From Selaginella moellendorffii (Eukaryota; Plantae; Lycopodiophyta): a stretch of 64,000 nucleotides of DNA. The stretch is taken from the NCBI RefSeq assembly GCF_000143415.4, contig NW_003314262.1:231673-295672 (forward strand). The letters run 5' to 3'. Position numbers and translations under genes: made by a program. The notes below the pieces were generated by a model. The model was not told the origin of the DNA. It saw only the letters and a program-made list of their open reading frames with translations, and did no database searches. Of the stretch, positions 25,378 to 37,942 are shown one piece after another. Numbering within the stretch: position 1 is the stretch's first letter; each line of letters begins with the position of its first letter.

Positions 25378-27270
25378 TGTAAGCCATAAATTTTTCCTTT
25401 CCAATTTGCCAGCTTACCTCGTCTATCTGACCAACACTACCTTGGCTTGTGCTAAGTTCCCTTGCCAAGGTTCCTGCCTATTGTACCAGCTCCTACTTGG
25501 TCCTACTTGGTTTTAACTACTCACTGCATGAGCAACGAAGCGTCAGCCATCCATCCACGGATTCCCAAATCTCTCCCAATCCCCCTCCCCGGGTTAGACT
25601 GGACTTAAGGTTCGACTACACTTCCCGTAGGCACAAGCAGCCAAGCACACCAAGCTTCTAGATTCCTAACATCCCTTGGTACAACAAGACTTGATCATGG
25701 GACCCTCTAAATCCCAAGCCTTGGGTGTAACACTTGCATCGGGACATCGGGGCGAAACACTGTGGCTTAACGGCCTAGTATGGGTACGTCTACCCCCCCC
25801 ACTTCCATCCCGAAGGGAAGGCCTAAGCCCCTAGGAAAGGTGAGGACCAATGAGCCACAAGGTACTCAAGTGGGGCACCACTCCACATGAGCTGGGAGCA
25901 CCGCAGTCGGTTTCCCTTTCGGGAGTGGGAGCTGCTCTTGAGCACTTTCTCGGGTGGCCCATTCGGCACCACCCGAGTCCATGCTCACTCCCACCCAAGG
26001 CCCTTCAGCCCTAGTCTCAACCTCAAGTCAGTTTGGAAGCACCACTGGAGAGTTCCTTCAAGACTGGTTCCTAGACCTCACTATCCTTACTATACTTTTG
26101 GAACCCCCTATAGCCCCCCTGGGAGACGCACATTTTGGGCTTTCACCCCTTGATTTGTATTAGTACTCAGACTCGGTCTTAGACTTGATCTTGGACTCGA
26201 TCTCGGACCCGACTTCGGACTCGGTCTCGGACTCGATCTCGGACCTGACTTCGGACTCGATCTCGGACCTGATCTCGGACTTGACTTCGGACTCGACCTT
26301 GGACTCGGTCTTGGACCCGATCTTGGATCTCGGACTCTGTCTCAAACTCGGTCTCCGAGTCGGCCTTGGATTCGATTCTGGACTCTATCTCGAACTCGGT
26401 CTCAGAGTTGGTCTTGGACTCGATCTCAGACTCGGTCCCATCTGATGAACTCTTTATCATTTCGGTCATGCTTTCGAGGATCCTTTAGCCTACGACACCT
26501 TGGGGAGTTGGTTCCTTACAACTCTACCACCCATAGAAGAAGTTTGATGCCTATATCGAACGTCTCTTTTAAAATCCTACAACTTGTTGACCATGTCTCT
26601 GAGGGCATCCCCCCACTTAGCGGTGTGCCTAAGTTAGCCTCCCCGGCCAAGAGCCCATGACAACGGAATATAGGTGTCCCTATACCCCTCACCTCACCAT
26701 GCCTTAGTATGGGGTTGGGACTTGAACCCAGCCTTGCTTTACTAGGGGGTTGGGACTCGAACCCAACCTCCATAGAATACGTCTATGGATTCGACATCCC
26801 CGCGGGGAGTCAGGCATAGTGCCCTACGCCTGGTCGACCTAGCTAACCCATGCTAATTAGCTTACTTTCGGCGTACCTTCGGGTCCCAACATATGCTATT
26901 GCTCAACTTCACAAATTGATACTTTAATTGAACTTTGCATAAGTACATAGAGTTTTGCCTTGCAGAAATTCCTCCACTAGATCTCGCGTGTTCGCTAGGT
27001 TCTCCTCCGATTCCCATGTTGCTTCGCACTGTGGAAATCCTTTCCACTTCACATGGAACTCTCTCACCTCGTGTCCTTGTCGCTTGCTCTTGCGCGCATT
27101 GAGGATGGCCTCGACTTCGTATTCCTCCTCCCCTTGGATAACCTCAGGTAAAGGTCTTACTTGGTCCTTGGTGAAGCGGATCCTCAAAGTACGGCTTGAG
27201 TAAGTTCACATGGAACACTGGGTGCATCTTTGCCATCTCTCAAGGAAGTTGGAGACGATAAGCCACTTTA
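25378..27270 (-). mobile_element. Element B1: truncated chromovirus (3' LTR 25378-26520, PPT, 3' UTR, chromodomain end of pol)
   Basis: LTR homologous to 29461-30565; chromodomain EYEVEAILNARK..EFHVKWKGFPQCEATWESEENL. Homology to B2 ends at ~27270. Confidence 0.9.
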
Positions 27271-27281
27271 TTGGTTTACCA

Positions 27282-28394
27282 TTTGAAACATCGTTAGAAT
27301 ATTGCTAACACTTGCTTAAGCAACTTGAGTTCTTTCATATTGTTAATTGGGATTTATTGAGCTTGACTAATACGATAGTTGGCATAAATAAGTGTTCATT
27401 GGTTTTGCGGCATTTACTTTGTTTTGTTGAGTATTGCTATAGTTAGTTTTAATAGATTGAATGTTATTACATTTGGGTGATACATTTGCGAGCCTCTTAC
27501 TTACCAATCAATGATACTTTGTGTCCTTTGAGTTATCTTAAGTAAGTGGTTTGTCATACTATCAACAATCTTTGGTAGTTAAGTTTTCTCATTGAGTTTG
27601 CTTGATGATATACTTGCTATTAAATTTTGTTGGATAGTGAATCCTGTGTTTACCAATTATGATGATTTTGGTGGTTCCTATACTATAATATTGGTTTATC
27701 GGATGATAACCTATTTAGAATACTTTTGTGTTCTAATATAAGATTTAATCACTGATAATTAAGACTCTAAAATATCATTGTCTATGACTTTGATATTATC
27801 CATCTATTGATCTTTGAGTTTGGGCTAGTATAGGCAGACTGGCTTCGGCACTTCGTGTGCACTCAAAACTTAATAGATGGACAATATCAAAGTCATAAAC
27901 AATGATATCTTAGAGACTTAATTATCAATGAATAAAACTTAGATTAGAACATAAAAGTATTTTAAGTAAGTTATCATCTGATAAACCAGTATTAGAGTAT
28001 AAAAACCACCAAAATCACTATAGTTAAAAAGCATAGGATTTACTATCCAACAAAATTCAATAGCCAGTGTATCATGAAAAAAACTTAATGATAAACTTAA
28101 TTATCAAAGATTTCAGATAGCATGCTAAACAACTGACAAGAGACAACTAAAAGAATACAAAGTATTATTGATTGGTAAGTAAGATGCTTGTAAATGTATC
28201 ATCCAAAGGTAATATCATTCAACCTATCAGAACCAACTATAATGATAGTCAACAGAATAGAATGAATGTTGCAACGTAAATAAACACTCATACCAACCAT
28301 CGTACTGGCCAATTTGAATAAATTCTAGTTAACAATACAAAGGAACTCAAGTTGCTTAAGTAAGTGTCAGCAACAACCTACCGATGTCTCAAAC
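27282..28394. repeat. Long diverged inverted repeat (arms ~27282-27819 and ~27861-28394, ~40 nt spacer)
   Basis: For example atgactttgatattatccatctatt vs aatagatggacaatatcaaagtcat, and cttaagcaacttgagttc vs gaactcaagttgcttaag. Confidence 0.85.
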
Positions 28395-28589
28395 CTAAGA
28401 GACCAATCCCAAGCAAATCACAAAGAATATATGATATTACAAAAAGCCATAAGTCATCAAAGAGAATAACTAACCACCATGAGAGAACATTAATCATCCC
28501 ATCAATAGAGAGATGTAGAATCATTGTTAAAGAAATAATCTACCATCTCAAAAAATAACAAATCATTCTATGAACCAATCTATAACCAT

Positions 28590-29057
28590 GAAACAGAACT
28601 TAAACCCTCTATATGCCACGTGTTATATGCCATGTGTCTAAGGACAGTGGTGCGGAACCCAAGTTTCAAGGCCTTTGGCCACTGAACGAAGAAATGGTGC
28701 CAAACTCCCAAGCATGGAGCCAAAGAGCATTGGCACTAGAGTACAAAATGACTCCCGAGCATACAGCCCAAGGAGTGAAAGAACAAGAGCACAAAGTGAC
28801 TTGGAACAGTCTTAGAGCATCCAACATCCCAATGCCAAGACCAACACGCAAAATAGAGATAAATAGAGTTTGGCGTTATTTCAGTATACTAGTGGCCTAA
28901 TGTGAAAATATGAGTACTCCACCAACTAACATGGTATGGAACTTAGGCTTAGATCCAAGCCAGATGCAAAACAAGGATAGGCATGCAAATGAAAGTTAAA
29001 CTATGCTTTAAGTTGGTCGACATGCCCAACCTACCCCTATTCCTACTATACATTTGG
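28590..29057 (-). mobile_element. Further family C-like LTR fragment
   Basis: Reverse complement of ~23430-23890; its right part is homologous to 36370-36540. Confidence 0.6.
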
Positions 29058-30967
29058 CAATGACTATTTGAACCAATAGACTAATCTCTATAGTCTTGAT
29101 TAATCCACTTATAATCATGCCTAAGAAAGATCTACTAGTGTCGTGCTAAATAGCTATGGACCAACCTACTTGCCACTCATAGCAAACCCAAGAAAGGTTC
29201 CTTTCACCCACGGTACATAGAACAACTATAAGCTCTTGAATTTAGACTTCCTAGGAGGTCACCTAGCCCAGTACTATTCAAACCCAAGGATGCTTAACCC
29301 CAAATATCCCAAGCGATTGGAAAAGGGGGTGCACTCTTGTTCATGGGCCCTTTCCCTCTATATTTGAACCCCTATGGATCGTCTCTCAAGTCGTTCTCTT
29401 TGGTTGTTTACAACAACTCATAGAACCACTGATAGACTAACATTAATCCTGCCAACTTAATGTAAGCCACAAATTTTTCCTTTCCAATTTGCCAGCTTAC
29501 CTCGACTATCCGTCCAACTCTGCCTTGGCTTGTGCTAAGTTCCCTCGCCAAGGTTCTCGCCTATGGTACCAGCTCCTACTTGGTCCTACTTGGTTTCAGC
29601 TACTCACTGCATAAGCAACGGAGTGTTAGCCATCCATCTACGGATTCCCAAATCTCTCCCAATCCCCCTCCCCGGGTTAGACTGGACTTAAGGTTCAGCT
29701 ACACTCCCCGCAGGCACAAGCAGCCAAGCATACCAAGCCTCCAAATTCCTAACACCCCTAGGTACCACAAGACTTGATCATGGGACCCTCTAAATCCCAA
29801 GCCTTGGGTGCAGCACTTGCTTCGGGACGTCGGGGCGAAACACCGTGGCCTAATGCCCCGGTATGGGTACCTCTAACCCCCCACTTCCATCAAGTGGGGC
29901 ACCACTCCACCTGAGCCGGGAGCACCGCAGTCGGTTTCCCTTTCGGGAGTGGGAGCTGCTCTTGAGCACTTCCCTGGGTGGCCCCTCTGGCACCACCCAA
30001 GCCCATGCTCACTCCCACCCAAGGCCCCTCGGCCCCAATCTCAACCTCAAGTCAGTTTGGAAGCACCACTGGAGAGTTCTTTCAAGATTGGTTCCTGGAC
30101 CTCACTATCCCTACTATACTTTTGGAACCCCCTGCAGCCCCCCCCCCCCCCCTGGGAGACGCATGCTTTGGGCTTTCACCCCTTGACCCGGATTAATATT
30201 TGGACTTAGTCTCTGGCTCGATCTTGGACCCGATTTCGGATCCGACTTCGGATTCGGGTTCGGACTCGATCTCGGACTCGATCTTGGACCCGATCTCAGA
30301 CCCGACCTCGGACTCGACCTCGGACTCGGTCTCGGACCCGATTTCGGATCTCGGACTCCGTCTCGAACTCGGTCTCGAACTCGGACTCGAACTCGGTCCC
30401 CGAGTCGGTCTCGGACTCGATTCCGGACTCTATCTCGAACTCGGTCCTAGAGTCGGTCTTGGACTCAATCCTCGACTTGGTCCCATCCGATGAACTCTTT
30501 GTCATTTCGGTTACGCTTTTAGGGATCCTTTAGCCTATGACATCTCGGGGAGTCGGTTCCTTACAACTCCACCACCCATAGAAGAAGTTCGATGCCCACA
30601 TCGAACGTCTCTTTTCATCCTACGACTTGTTGACCATGTCTCCGGGGGCATCCCCCCACTTAGCGGTGTGCCTAAGTTAGCCTCCCCGGCCAAGAGCCCA
30701 TGACAACGGAATATAGGTGTCCCTATACTCCTCACCTCACCACGCCCTAGTATGGGGTCGAGACTTGAACCCAGCTTTGCTTTACTAGGGGGTTGGGACT
30801 CGAACCCAACCTCCGTAGAATACGTCTACGGATTCGACATCCCCGCGGGGAGTCGGGCGTAATGCCCTACGCCTGGTCGACCTATCCAACCCATGCTAAT
30901 TAGCTTACCTTTGGCGCGCCTTTGGGTCCCAACATATGCCACTTGCTCAACTTTGCAAATAGATATT

Positions 30968-33900
30968 TTAATTGAACTTTGTGTAAGTACATAGAGTTCT
31001 ACCTTGCAGAAATTCCTCCACTAGATCTCGCGTGTTCGCTAGGTTCTCCTTCGGTTCCCATGTTGCTTCGCAGTGTGGAAATCCTTTCCACTTCACATGG
31101 AACTCTCTCACCTCGCGTCCTTGTTGCTTGCTCTTGCGTGCATTGAGGATGGCCTTGATTTTGTATTCCTCTTCCCCTTGGATAACCTCAGGTAAAGGTC
31201 TCACTTGGTCCTTGTGAAGCGGATCCTCAAAGTACGGCTTGAGTAAGTTCACGTGGAACACTAGGTGCATCTTCCCCATCTCTCGAGGAAGTCAGAGACG
31301 GTAAGCCACTTTACCGATTCGTGCCTCAATCTCGTAAGGCCCCGTGAACCTGCTTAAGGAACTCAAGATTAATTCATTTATAGGAATACATGCATCTTTA
31401 CTTTTGGGTCAACTTTCGGCTGATCCCACTTGGTAGTCTAAGGTTCTTGGTGTTCAGCCACACCTTCTCCCCAACTTGGAACTCTACATCCCGACGCTTC
31501 TGGTTCGCGTATTTGGTTTGCCTTTGTTGAGCCCGTTCCAAGGAATCCCTCACTAGATTCCAAATACTGAGTCTTTCCGCTGTGAATGCCTCCACTGCGG
31601 GCAACTCTCCATGATATTCGGCCACGCCGAGTTCCACAGGACCTTCAATAGCTCGCCCATTGATGACTTCCCATGGACTCACCCCGATACTCGAATGTGG
31701 TGAGTTGTTATAACACATTTCCGCAAGTCCCAAATGACTTACCCAATCGGTCTGGTCTCCCGAGACATAGCATCGCAAATAATCCTCCAGCTGCCTATTC
31801 ACCCTTTCCGTTTGTCCTTCTGTCAAGAAGTGTTAGTGCCAACAACTTGACTTAATACCCCATACCTGTCTATGGGTGATAGGTTGTGCTGAATTTCAAC
31901 TTGGTGCGATACTGTTCTAGGAGAGTCCTCCAGAACCTACTGGTGAAGATCTTATCTCGATCTGAGATGATCTCTTCCGGTCTTCCCCGCACTCGAACCA
32001 CTTGTTCGAAGAATAGCTTCGCCACACCTTCCGCATCCACCTCCGTTGTGGTGGGTATGAAATGTGCCATTTTCGAAAATCGGTCCACCACCACGAATAT
32101 CGCATCAAACCCCTCGCTTGGGGGGAGTCCTGTGATAAAGTCCATCGTAAGACATTTCCACGGACGATCTGGAATTGGGATGCTTTGCAACAAGCCCCCA
32201 CTAGCCTTAGTCACGGCTTTTACCTACTGACATGTTGGACATGTCTTTACATAGTCTTGGATGTCCTTAGCCATATCTGGCCAATGGTACTTCCTCTTGA
32301 GTAAGCCCATCGTCTTGGGCACTCTGCCGTGTCCCGCAAGAGGTCCGTCATGACACTCTTCTAAGGCCACCTTCCTTAGTTCCCCTTCTGGAACATACAC
32401 CCTCGTTTGCTTGTAATAGATGAGTCCGTTGCGTTCCGCATAGCCCGTTTTCTTTTCCGTTGGCAGCTCACCTCTCTGGTGAGCTTCCCGTGCCTCTAGA
32501 TTCCTCAGCAACACTTCTTGTGCTAGACCATCGTTCTCATATGCTGTCCGCACATCGTTCCAGAAGGTTGCTGTTGCGCTGGATATTGCCAACCTCAAGC
32601 TCGCTTTTCGACTTAACGCATCTGCCACAATGTTGCTCTTCCCAGGCTTGTACAGAATCTCGCAATCAAACTCGGCCAAGGCATTGGCCCACCAACCTTG
32701 TTTCCCTCTCAGGTCGGGCTGTGACAAGAAGTGTTTTGTTGCCACATTGTCCGTGTAAACCTTGAAGTGTCTCCCAAGGTAGTGTCGCCACTCCTTGAGT
32801 GCCTTGACCACCGCAAACAATTCCTTCTCGTGGGCAGGCCACTTCCTTTGAGCCTTGTCCAACTTCTTCAAGAAGAACGCTACCGGATGGTTGTCTTGCT
32901 TCAAAACTGCGCCCAACGCAAAGTCCGAAGCATCCGTTTCTACCTCAAAGTCCTTACCAAAGTCTGGTAATGCCAATACGGGAGCCTTCCTCAACTTCCC
33001 TTTGAGGTGGACGAATGCCGCCTCGCATTCTGCTGTCCACACCATCTTCCCTTTTCCTGTTTGGTCCGTTAAGGGCAGGGTTACTCTCAAATAGTGTCTG
33101 ATAAACTTTCGATAGTAGTTGCATAGCCCCAGGAATGCCCTCAACTCATGTACATTCGATGGTCGCTCCCATTCCTGGATCGTTTGGACCTTCTCCGGGT
33201 CCACCTTGAGCCCGTCCTGGCCCACCACATACTCGAGAAACTTTACCTCTTGTTGAGCAAAGTCACATTTTCTCTCTTTAGCATACAGTTTGTGTTCCCT
33301 TAATTTCTCAAACACCTTCGCCAAGTGTTCGGCATGCTCCTGTAGCATCTCGCTATAGATCAGGATGTCGTCGATATAGACGACCACGAAGTGATCCAGA
33401 TAGGGTATAAAGATGTGGTTCATTAGCGCCGAAAATGTTGCCGGCGCATTATATAGCCCGAAGGGCATCACTAGAAACTCAAAGCTCCCATACCTCGTTC
33501 GACAGGTTGTCTTCTTGACATCTTCCTCGGCTACCCTGATCTGGTAGTATCCTGACCTTAGGTCAATCCTCGAGAAGTATTTTGCCTTTCCCAACCTATC
33601 AAACAGGTCCTCAATCCTTGGCAAAGGGTACTTGTTCTTCTTTGTATACTTGTTGAGCAACTGGTAGTCTATGCACATGCGCATAGATCCATCTTTCTTT
33701 TTCACAAATAACACCGGCGCCCCATACGGCGACTTGCTCAACCTAACATACCCTTTGTCCACCAACTCCTCTAGTTGGCACTTGAGCTCCTTGAGTTCTT
33801 TTTCGTTCAAACGATAAGGGGGACGAACCACCACCTCAGCACCCTCGACCAGCTCAATCTTATGTTCTATCGGTCGTGCGGGGGGCAACCCCGCCAGTAA

Positions 33901-34584
33901 CTCGGTATTCTGGAATTGGTCCAACACCCATTGGATCACTAAAGGTACTTCTTCCGTTCCTGTCTTTTTGTCACTCTTCACCGAGAGTAAGCACAAAAAG
34001 GCTGCCTTAGTTCCTTTAGTGAGTTGTCCTCTCGTGGACACCAGGTTTAAGCAGGATTCTTTGGCCTTGCTTTGCCCTACCTTTAGATCTTGGGCCTCCA
34101 CCCTAGATCTTCTTCCTTGGGCATTCGCTAGTACCACAAGGTTTCTACCTTGTCCATGCAGGGCTACCACGAACCGATTAAACCAGTCCATTCCGAAGAT
34201 CACATCAAATCCCGCCATGTCCAACACGGTGAAGTCCATGTCCACTTTCCAAGTCCCTACTTTGACTCTCGCTTGTCGAAGTACCTCATCGGTGCTTTGG
34301 CTACCTTGAACAAACTCTATAGTCCTGGGTTCGCCTAGCCGCTGCACCGTTAGTCCGGCTTGCCGGACTATGTCTGCAGCCACAAAATTATCCGAAGCAC
34401 CCGTGTCAATAAGGATCTTAACAAATCTACCTCCGAGCTTCCCCCGGAGGGCTAGTAGATGTCGCGAGCGACTCTCTACCAAAGTTGCTCGTGTAATGAG
34501 TAACTTTGAGTTAGGGACTGGATCACATACCTCAGTTTGGACTTCACTCGATTTGATGGCCATATTGGCTCCGGGTAGGGACAT
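30968..34584 (-). pseudogene. pol: pol of B2 (protease, RT, RNase H, integrase, chromodomain) with two GT-AG introns (31820-31865, 31350-31401) and three point stops
   Basis: [29 protein letters not shown] finger, MDF..ISDRD..QTER, GPY, chromodomain. Stops at 32224, 31870 and 31292 are each one C>T change from CAG or CGA. Confidence 0.9.
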
Positions 34585-35040
34585 TCCATCGAAAAGTGTC
34601 CCGCTTCACCGCAGTTGTAGCATACGTTATTTCCCACGCTGCTATACGACTTGACCTTCTTATCCATGGGTTTGTCTCTTTTCGCTTGACTCCCCCACGT
34701 ACTCGCTCGCTGGCCACCGGATTTGCCTTTCCGGAACCCCGAGGACTCATTTTTAGAGAAACTCCTCTTGAATTTCCCTCTACTAAACGTTCCCCTTGGT
34801 TTGGCCCCTTTGCTAAACGTGGATCCCGACCCCGTCGTGTTCCCCTTTCGCAGATTATCGTTGAAATGCACCTTGATGGCCGCATCCAACGCTTCCTTGT
34901 AGTTGGTCGGGTTCCACCGCATCACTTCGCCGCGAGCCCAGGTTTGCAAACCTGATATGAAGGCATGGAACGCATCCATATCCCCCATGTCCGTGACAAG
35001 TATCCTCTTTGCCATAAACCCATTCACATACTCCTGAATG
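34476..35040 (-). pseudogene. gag: C-terminal part of B2 gag with CCHC zinc knuckle
   Basis: IQEYVNGF..FISGLQ..EV..NPTNYKEALDAA and [14 protein letters not shown]; the N-terminus was lost by the deletion into the LTR. Confidence 0.85.
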
Positions 35041-37942
35041 AGCAACAGAGTGTTAGCCATCCATCTACGGATTCCCAAATCTCTCCCAATCCCCCTCCCC
35101 GGGTTAGACTGGACTTAAGGTTCGGCTACACTCCCCGTAGGCACAAGCAGCCAAGCACACCAAGCCTCCAGATTCCTAACACCCCTAGGTACCACAAGAC
35201 TTGATCATGGGACCCTCTAAATCCCAAGCCTTGGGTGCAGCACTTGCTTCGGGACGTCGGGGCGAAACACCGTGGCCTAATGGCCCGGTATGGGTACGTC
35301 TAACCCCCCACTTCCATCCCGAAGGGAAGGCCCAAGCCCCTAGGAAGGGCGAGGACCAATGAGCCACAAGGTACTCAAGTGGGGCACCGCTCCACCTGAG
35401 CCGGGAGCACCGCAGTTGGTTTCCCTTTCGGGAGTGGGAGCTGCTCTTGAGCACTTCCCTGGGTGGCCCCTCCGGCACCACCCAAGCCCATGCTCACTCC
35501 TACCCAAGGCCCCTCGGCCCCAGTCTCAACCTCAAGTCAGTTTGGAAGCACCACTGGAGAGTTCCTTCAAGATTGGTTCCTGGACCTCACTATCCCTACT
35601 ATACTTTTGGAACCCCCTGCAGCCCCCCCCCCCCCCCCCTGGGAGACGCACGCTTTGGGCTTTCACCCCTTGACCCGTATTAGTATTTGGACTTAGTCTC
35701 TGGCTCGATCTCGGACCCGATTTCGGATCCGACTTCGGATTCGGTCTCGGACTCGATCTCGGACTCGATCTCGGACCCGATCTCGGACCCGATCTCGGAC
35801 CCGACCTCGGACTCGACCTCAGACTCGGTCTCGGACCCGATTTCGGATCTCGGACTCCGTCTCGAACTCGGTCTCGAATTCGGACTTGAACTCGGTCCCC
35901 GAGTCGGTCTCGGACTCGATTCCAGACTCTATCTCGAACTCGGTCCTAGAGTCGGTCTTGGACTCGATCCTCGACTTGGTCCCATCCGATGAACTCTTTG
36001 TCATTTCGGTCAAGCTTTTGGGGATCCTTTAGCCTACGACATCTTGGGGAGTCGGTTCCTTACACTCAAAGCGTAACTTTGAATTGCTAATGTGCCTAAT
36101 TCACAAGCCCAAGCACAAACTCATGCAAACAAAACAACTCAATCCCTTTTATGATCCCAAGAGCAAGCTCATATAATACAGTACAAAAAAGGTAACTAAA
36201 ATCCATATCCAAGGAACAGATGTGTAGCGCACCTGAATTTGGAGCCGAACTCCAAGCCTGTTGCACTACGAAATGAGGGTTCGGTACAATCCCACAAGCA
36301 CCAGCTCCCTGTATCTAGCACCTGCATGCAAAATGGTGTCAGACGGAGTCTAGCATAATTTTGGCATACCGGTGGCCTAATGCGAGGAGGAGGGTACCCC
36401 ACCGACTAGAGCAGCGTGGAGCTTGGGTTTAGACCCAAGCCGGACGTAGAACAAGGAGCGACACAGCCCAACGGGAGCCAAACTAATGTCTCAAGTGGTC
36501 GGACATGCATTCCAACCATTATCCCTACTATACATTTGGAACCCCCCATAGCCCCGCCCCGCCCCGCCCCCCCCCCCCCGCCCGAGGAACACACGCTTTG
36601 GGCTTTCACCCCAAGCCTCCCTTAGTACTAGCAGTTAGTCTCTGGGACAAGCTCGAAATTTACTAAATATGGAATGGTGCTAGATTGTGAACACCATTGT
36701 GTTCAGGCTGACCTCTACATTCTATAGATATGCCAAATGAGCAAATCTAGACACTTTCCATAAATAGCATTTGGGACCGAAATGAGACTAACACAAAGGG
36801 CATGATAGCGAGGGTGTCTGGTAGACATGGTAAGTTATCATCCGGCGATATTGAAGGACTAGTCTCAATACATAAGGGTTCTTGTCACTAGCCAGTGCAA
36901 GACATAACGAGACGGGAACTCCTTACCGGGCTAAGTATGCTTAGCTAATAGCACGTAGGAATTCCGTCCTTATACTTGTCCACTCTAAGTACACTCAAAA
37001 TGTCCAGTTAACTCCACTAGCACAAGAGGGGCTACTAAAGGGATCCAATTGTACCGATCTTCTGCCGTCATGGCAATAAAGAAAGAGTGTCCGTAAGGAT
37101 TGGCCGACAAGTATCTTTCGATACCCAAAGTCACATTCGCGACACTCTCCCCCCCTTGGGGAAGATCGACGTCCTCGTCGATGCATACCCAAGTCTAGCA
37201 AACCGTCAAGGAAACAACTCTGAAAATTAACGGAAAGCACACTATGTGGGAAACACACCAACTTAAATGAGTTATGGAACGACCTCTCCTCTACATCCAA
37301 AGATGTTAAGACTCAGACACCCTCTGGCTGTCACCGACAAGGAAATGACTAATGGAGTTAGCCACCCTTGTTGCTTCGAGTACCACTCAGCGTACAAAGG
37401 AATTATACATCCCTACCCACAGGGACATAGGGAGAAGGCCAAAGGCCCAACTTCCCCTGAGCAAGAAATCAACCTCGTCGGGAAGATTTAGACAACTATT
37501 ATAAACTAGCAAATGAAGTTGTTTACACGACCACGCCCCTTTTGCAAAAATGAGTCATCGAGAGAGAGGCGAGGACTTGTGATCAGTTTATAATAATTAT
37601 CCCCATGGTTATGGATTGGACCCATGCATCAAAGTGCCGAAGTCAGTCTGCCAAAACTGACCCAAATTCTAACAAACGAGAGAGACGACACTTGGATTTA
37701 CAATGCTACCATCTTTGCCCAACCATGACAGAACAAAGCAGACAAACTAGAAGATTCCGTGAAAGGATATGTATTAGAATAGTAAAAAAATCAAAAGACC
37801 TTGCCGATATATTTAGCCCTAACTCTAACCTAAAACACCTATTTTACAAGTTGGTTCAATAGAACAATGTGAGGCAGCTAACGTGCCAATAGAAATATAT
37901 TACTTTATTAATTTGCAAGATTTATTACAAGATTTACAAAAG

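Larger units (their letters stand above)
29461..36064 (-). mobile_element. Element B2: near-complete Ty3/gypsy chromovirus, with the 5' LTR end, PBS and gag start deleted
   Basis: 3' LTR 29461-30565; 5' LTR ~35038-36064 lacking ~150 nt; TSD CTTAA/CTCAA (1 mismatch); PPT at 30566-30580; gag-PR-RT-RH-IN-chromodomain order. Confidence 0.92.

Noticed and set aside
26440-26480. Hammerhead ribozyme core (CTGATGA) in a B LTR
   Set aside because: Other copies read CCGATGA, and there is no downstream GAAA with the required stems on that strand.
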